NCBI GenBank assembly: GCA_038321985.1
Contig: JBBQFN010000011.1
Span: forward strand, 32,001-96,000
Reading direction: 5' to 3'
DNA length: 64,000 nt
Source: Cyanophyceae cyanobacterium
Lineage (GTDB): Bacteria; Cyanobacteriota; Cyanobacteriia; Cyanobacteriales; Laspinemataceae
Shown here: piece after piece, positions 60,784 through 64,000 of the stretch
How the letters are laid out: each line of letters begins with the position of its first letter
How positions within the stretch are numbered: the first letter of the stretch is position 1
Program-made: the position numbers and the translations under genes
Notes under the pieces: model-generated
What the model was told of the DNA's origin: nothing
The model's database searches: none
Seen by the model: only the letters and a program-made list of their open reading frames with translations

Positions 60784-61845
60784 ATGAAACTTGTTTCTGT
60801 TATTATTCCCGTATATAACGTTGAGCAATATATTGTCGAAACGATTCGGTCAGTTCTCGCTCAGACTTATTCTAATTTTGAAGTATTAGTAATTGATGAT
60901 GGATCACCTGATCTCAGTATTGAACTGTGCCAACAGCAGTTCGATGACCCCCGAATTAAAATTATTCGCCAAAAAAATCGGGGATTAGCGGGAGCCAGAA
61001 ATACCGGAATTCGTCACGCCCAAGGAGAGTATTTAGCCTTTTTAGATAGCGATGATTTGTGGGAACCCAAGAAACTTATCAAACATATCGAGCATCTGGA
61101 TGGTGCGTTGGATGTAGGCATTAGTTTCTGCCGTTCCGCTTTAATTGACGAAGCGGGCAATCCCACCGGAACCTATCTGATGCCCGAATTGACAAACATT
61201 GACGTTCCTTGCTTGTTGCGAGGGAGTCCTTTGGGAAATGGTTCTACTCCCGTTATTCGACGAGAAGTATTTGAGGATATTCAATTTGAAGCTAACCGAT
61301 ACGGCGCTGTTGAAACCTTTTACTTTGATGAGGACTTTCGACAATCGGAGGATATTGAATGTTGGTTAAGAATTGCCTTAAAAACTGACTGGAAATTTGA
61401 GGGAATTCCCGAAGCGCTCACCTTGTATCGAGTGAATACCGGAGGTCTTTCTGCCAATTTTATGAAGCAGCTTGACAGTTGGGAAAAGGTTTTAGAAAAA
61501 ACCCGGTCTTATGCACCGTCTGCGATCGCCCAATGGTGGGATTTGGCGATCGCCTATGAATTGCGATATCTCGCCCGCAGTGCTATCCGAGTCAAAAATG
61601 GCAAAGCAGCCGTGGACTTGATGAATCGAGCGCTATTGACCTACTGGCGCATCCTTCTAGAAGAACCGCGCCGCACGGTGTTAACCCTAATTGCTGCCTA
61701 TGTCTTACGATTGTTACCAGCCTCTATTTATAGCTGGATTGAGAATCGGGGCAACCAGTTGAATGGTTCCACCCAACAACAACAAATTCAACGAGATCGC
61801 CAGAGTCAAAATCCAGTATCGGGGGTAGAAATAGGCGTCCGATAA
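60784..61845 (+). CDS. GT2 glycosyltransferase (paralogue of the preceding gene)
   Basis: VSVIIPVYN, IDDGS, ARNTG, LDSDD, SED. Confidence 0.94.
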   Translation: MKLVSVIIPVYNVEQYIVETIRSVLAQTYSNFEVLVIDDGSPDLSIELCQQQFDDPRIKIIRQKNRGLAGARNTGIRHAQGEYLAFLDSDDLWEPKKLIKHIEHLDGALDVGISFCRSALIDEAGNPTGTYLMPELTNIDVPCLLRGSPLGNGSTPVIRREVFEDIQFEANRYGAVETFYFDEDFRQSEDIECWLRIALKTDWKFEGIPEALTLYRVNTGGLSANFMKQLDSWEKVLEKTRSYAPSAIAQWWDLAIAYELRYLARSAIRVKNGKAAVDLMNRALLTYWRILLEEPRRTVLTLIAAYVLRLLPASIYSWIENRGNQLNGSTQQQQIQRDRQSQNPVSGVEIGVR

Positions 61846-62122
61846 AAGATGGCGATCGCCCGGAAGCAGGGGTTAAGTGGAAATATGCTATAACCCAAAT
61901 AGCCCATCCTATTAGACCGGGCGATCGCCAAAAATATTCCCTTAATGATCCAAAGAAATGAAATCACAACAAATGGTGATAAATTTCAATTAATCACAGG
62001 GTTAATTGAATTGAGGCACTTGCCCTTTTCAGCCCTGTGAATACACCACTCCTTTAACTCAGCTGGGCCAATCCCTATAAATCTCTAAGTTCCCGTGCTG
62101 GCTCACCAAGTTAGAAAAATAA

Positions 62123-63487
62123 TCAAGGCAGAGAAACATAATCATATATTTTTTTATTAAATTCAGGAAATATTTTCGGGCTTTGATTGTCACCATAGTT
62201 AGGTTCTTCTTCTTTTAGAGCTAATCCGATGATCAACATTCCCGGCCAATTTACATAACTTAGGATATCAAGTTCTTCACTCAGGGAAAAGAAAAGAAAA
62301 ACCAACAATATTTTTAAAGCCACTCTTGCCGTTTCGTTTTTCTTAGCCTTATAAGTTAATATGAGAAAGGTACAGAGCAAAGGCACTGCAATTGCGACCA
62401 GACCCACTAATCCTTTTGTGTAAAGAACATTTACCCAGGTCCCACAGCCCGATGTGCCAATAGGATAAAAAAACGTATAGGGGGTTCCTCTTTCCGGTGT
62501 AAATCCATGCCCCCAGATTCGCGCTTCCTCCCACCACTTAGTTAAAGACAGTTTAACTAAATCAAATCGGAGCTTAGAAGAACTTGCTCTCGATTGGTTC
62601 ATCCGAGTAATAAAATCTTTACCTGAACTCATCAGAGTTGAAGCAAAAATACCTGTTAAAAAGCTCCCCGAACCTGCTGTAAAATATAAAATAGGCCGGT
62701 CAAAATTAGTCAAAATCCAGGTAATGATTATAACTAGAGGAAGCGAAATAAAAGCCATGCGAGATAGGGAACCAAAAACCATGACTAAAGAACCAATAGT
62801 CCCAATCATTCTCCACTTTTTGTGAGTTTCTAGACGAGCTAAAAAAAAGTATATAATCCCAATCGTAGCTAAATTAGGGGCCCACGGTGCAAACAATGCT
62901 AGGCGGGGTTGACCACTTTCCTCATCGAAAAAGTACAACAGCACCGTGTAAAAATCCTTAGACCCCCCCCCAATCAAATAGAAGGGAACCGTGTAAAGTT
63001 TTCCCGATGGTAAACGAGCCAGATATGCCAGATAACAGAAGCCGCTAACCACTAAACTTTGCAAGCCCATTATACAGACGCCTCGGTAAAGCAAGCGCGG
63101 TCGAATATTCAGGCAAGCAACCAGGGGGAATATGGCCCATAGCGCCCACTCTTTACCCCACTTGATTAAAGATTTAATGAGCCGACCTAGCCCTGCGCTA
63201 AAATCGATATGAGAAGTAATTAAAGCAATAACCATCAAAGAAATAAACGCAACCCATATCCAGGCAATGATTGGAATTTTAATTTTTTCTTCTTCTGGAG
63301 TATCTACGTTCTGGTTCCATAGTTTTTTAAATAAGTAAAATAAAAGAACCCAAGCCATTACAGGAAACACGATAGGCTGTGCTCCCAATAAATAAAAGGC
63401 ATAAGTCCCCAGCAGCCCGTACCAAATGACCCGTTCTTCAAAATTTTGAGGCTTGATTATTTCGGAGGAACTGCTTTGTTTTTTCAT
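62123..63487 (-). CDS. Second O-antigen ligase/Wzy-like polymerase
   Basis: KPQNFEERVIWY, LFAPWAP, RASSS and IWGHG, all shared with 54782-56083. Confidence 0.82.
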   Translation of the reverse strand: MKKQSSSSEIIKPQNFEERVIWYGLLGTYAFYLLGAQPIVFPVMAWVLLFYLFKKLWNQNVDTPEEEKIKIPIIAWIWVAFISLMVIALITSHIDFSAGLGRLIKSLIKWGKEWALWAIFPLVACLNIRPRLLYRGVCIMGLQSLVVSGFCYLAYLARLPSGKLYTVPFYLIGGGSKDFYTVLLYFFDEESGQPRLALFAPWAPNLATIGIIYFFLARLETHKKWRMIGTIGSLVMVFGSLSRMAFISLPLVIIITWILTNFDRPILYFTAGSGSFLTGIFASTLMSSGKDFITRMNQSRASSSKLRFDLVKLSLTKWWEEARIWGHGFTPERGTPYTFFYPIGTSGCGTWVNVLYTKGLVGLVAIAVPLLCTFLILTYKAKKNETARVALKILLVFLFFSLSEELDILSYVNWPGMLIIGLALKEEEPNYGDNQSPKIFPEFNKKIYDYVSLP

Positions 63488-63713
63488 GATCAGCTTAAAA
63501 TGCTACCCTTTTTAATAATCTTTGTTCGTAAAATATTAGACTTGTTGGATAAATCTCTGAAGCCTCTCTTAATAAATAAAAAGGGTGAGGAGAACAATCG
63601 AGAATCTTGAAAGAGGTCTACTTTACCAACCTGGAATTTTCTTTGCTGGGTTAAATCGAGAATTTTAATACTGACGATAGAAGGATTAGACCAATCAATC
63701 AGGGAGTATTCTT

Positions 63714-64000
63714 TTACGCCCATGAAAACATTTTTATTAACCAGTTAATCCAGGGGTGATACCTCTCCACCACCGGAGTCTCAAGGGGAAGCGTTCCTAT
63801 CTTTTCATCTCTTTTTTCTGTTAAATAATCTTTTACAAAACCTCCCATTTCATTTTCTCCAACTCTTAAATTCCAATTTGCATCAAACATTTCTGGCTCC
63901 CAATCATAATCTGCAACCCAAGAAGTCCAACTTAAATTATGCTCTTCTAATTTATTTTTTATAGCTATTCCATAATTTGAAATTGTCCCACTGGTTATTT
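63714..64000 (-). CDS. 3' end of a probable GH5 (cellulase-family) glycoside hydrolase, absent from the ORF track
   Basis: Open frame from the window edge: ...GTISNYG...LSWTSWVADYDWEPEMFD...EMGGFVKDYL...MFSWA*; the SWxxW strand resembles GH5. Confidence 0.6.
   Translation of the reverse strand, partial: ITSGTISNYGIAIKNKLEEHNLSWTSWVADYDWEPEMFDANWNLRVGENEMGGFVKDYLTEKRDEKIGTLPLETPVVERYHPWINWLIKMFSWA

Noticed and set aside
63490..63723. 77-aa ORF between the GH5-like and Wzy-like genes
   Set aside because: No motif or RBS, and it overlaps the upstream stop; unsupported, though not excluded.

Overview
This is a chromosomal window from a filamentous cyanobacterium. The evidence is petBD, dense HIP1 (GCGATCGC) octamers and cyanobacteria-specific DUFs; an Oscillatoriales-like, probably non-heterocystous host is my inference. 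Housekeeping genes include petB/petD, dusB, relA, moeB, rsmG, thrS, thrB and metX/metY. Signalling genes include two hybrid kinases with WspR-like receivers, a CheY-CheC-diguanylate cyclase cassette and a frameshifted GGDEF remnant. There are two CHAT (caspase/HetF-family) proteases, a PlsY/PEP-utiliser fusion and a Wzx/Wzy-type exopolysaccharide locus at the right end. I saw no rRNA, tRNA, CRISPR array or transposase. Best candidates for undescribed biology: (1) a HetF-like CHAT-FHA protease downstream of a PatU3-like gene, possibly a second protease-substrate module; (2) the PlsY/ATP-grasp/phospho-His fusion; (3) an unannotated 37-aa membrane micro-ORF with an NtcA box and its own terminator; (4) a multi-stem RNA leader before metX. 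All family assignments come from motif recognition and recalled sequences; no searches were run.
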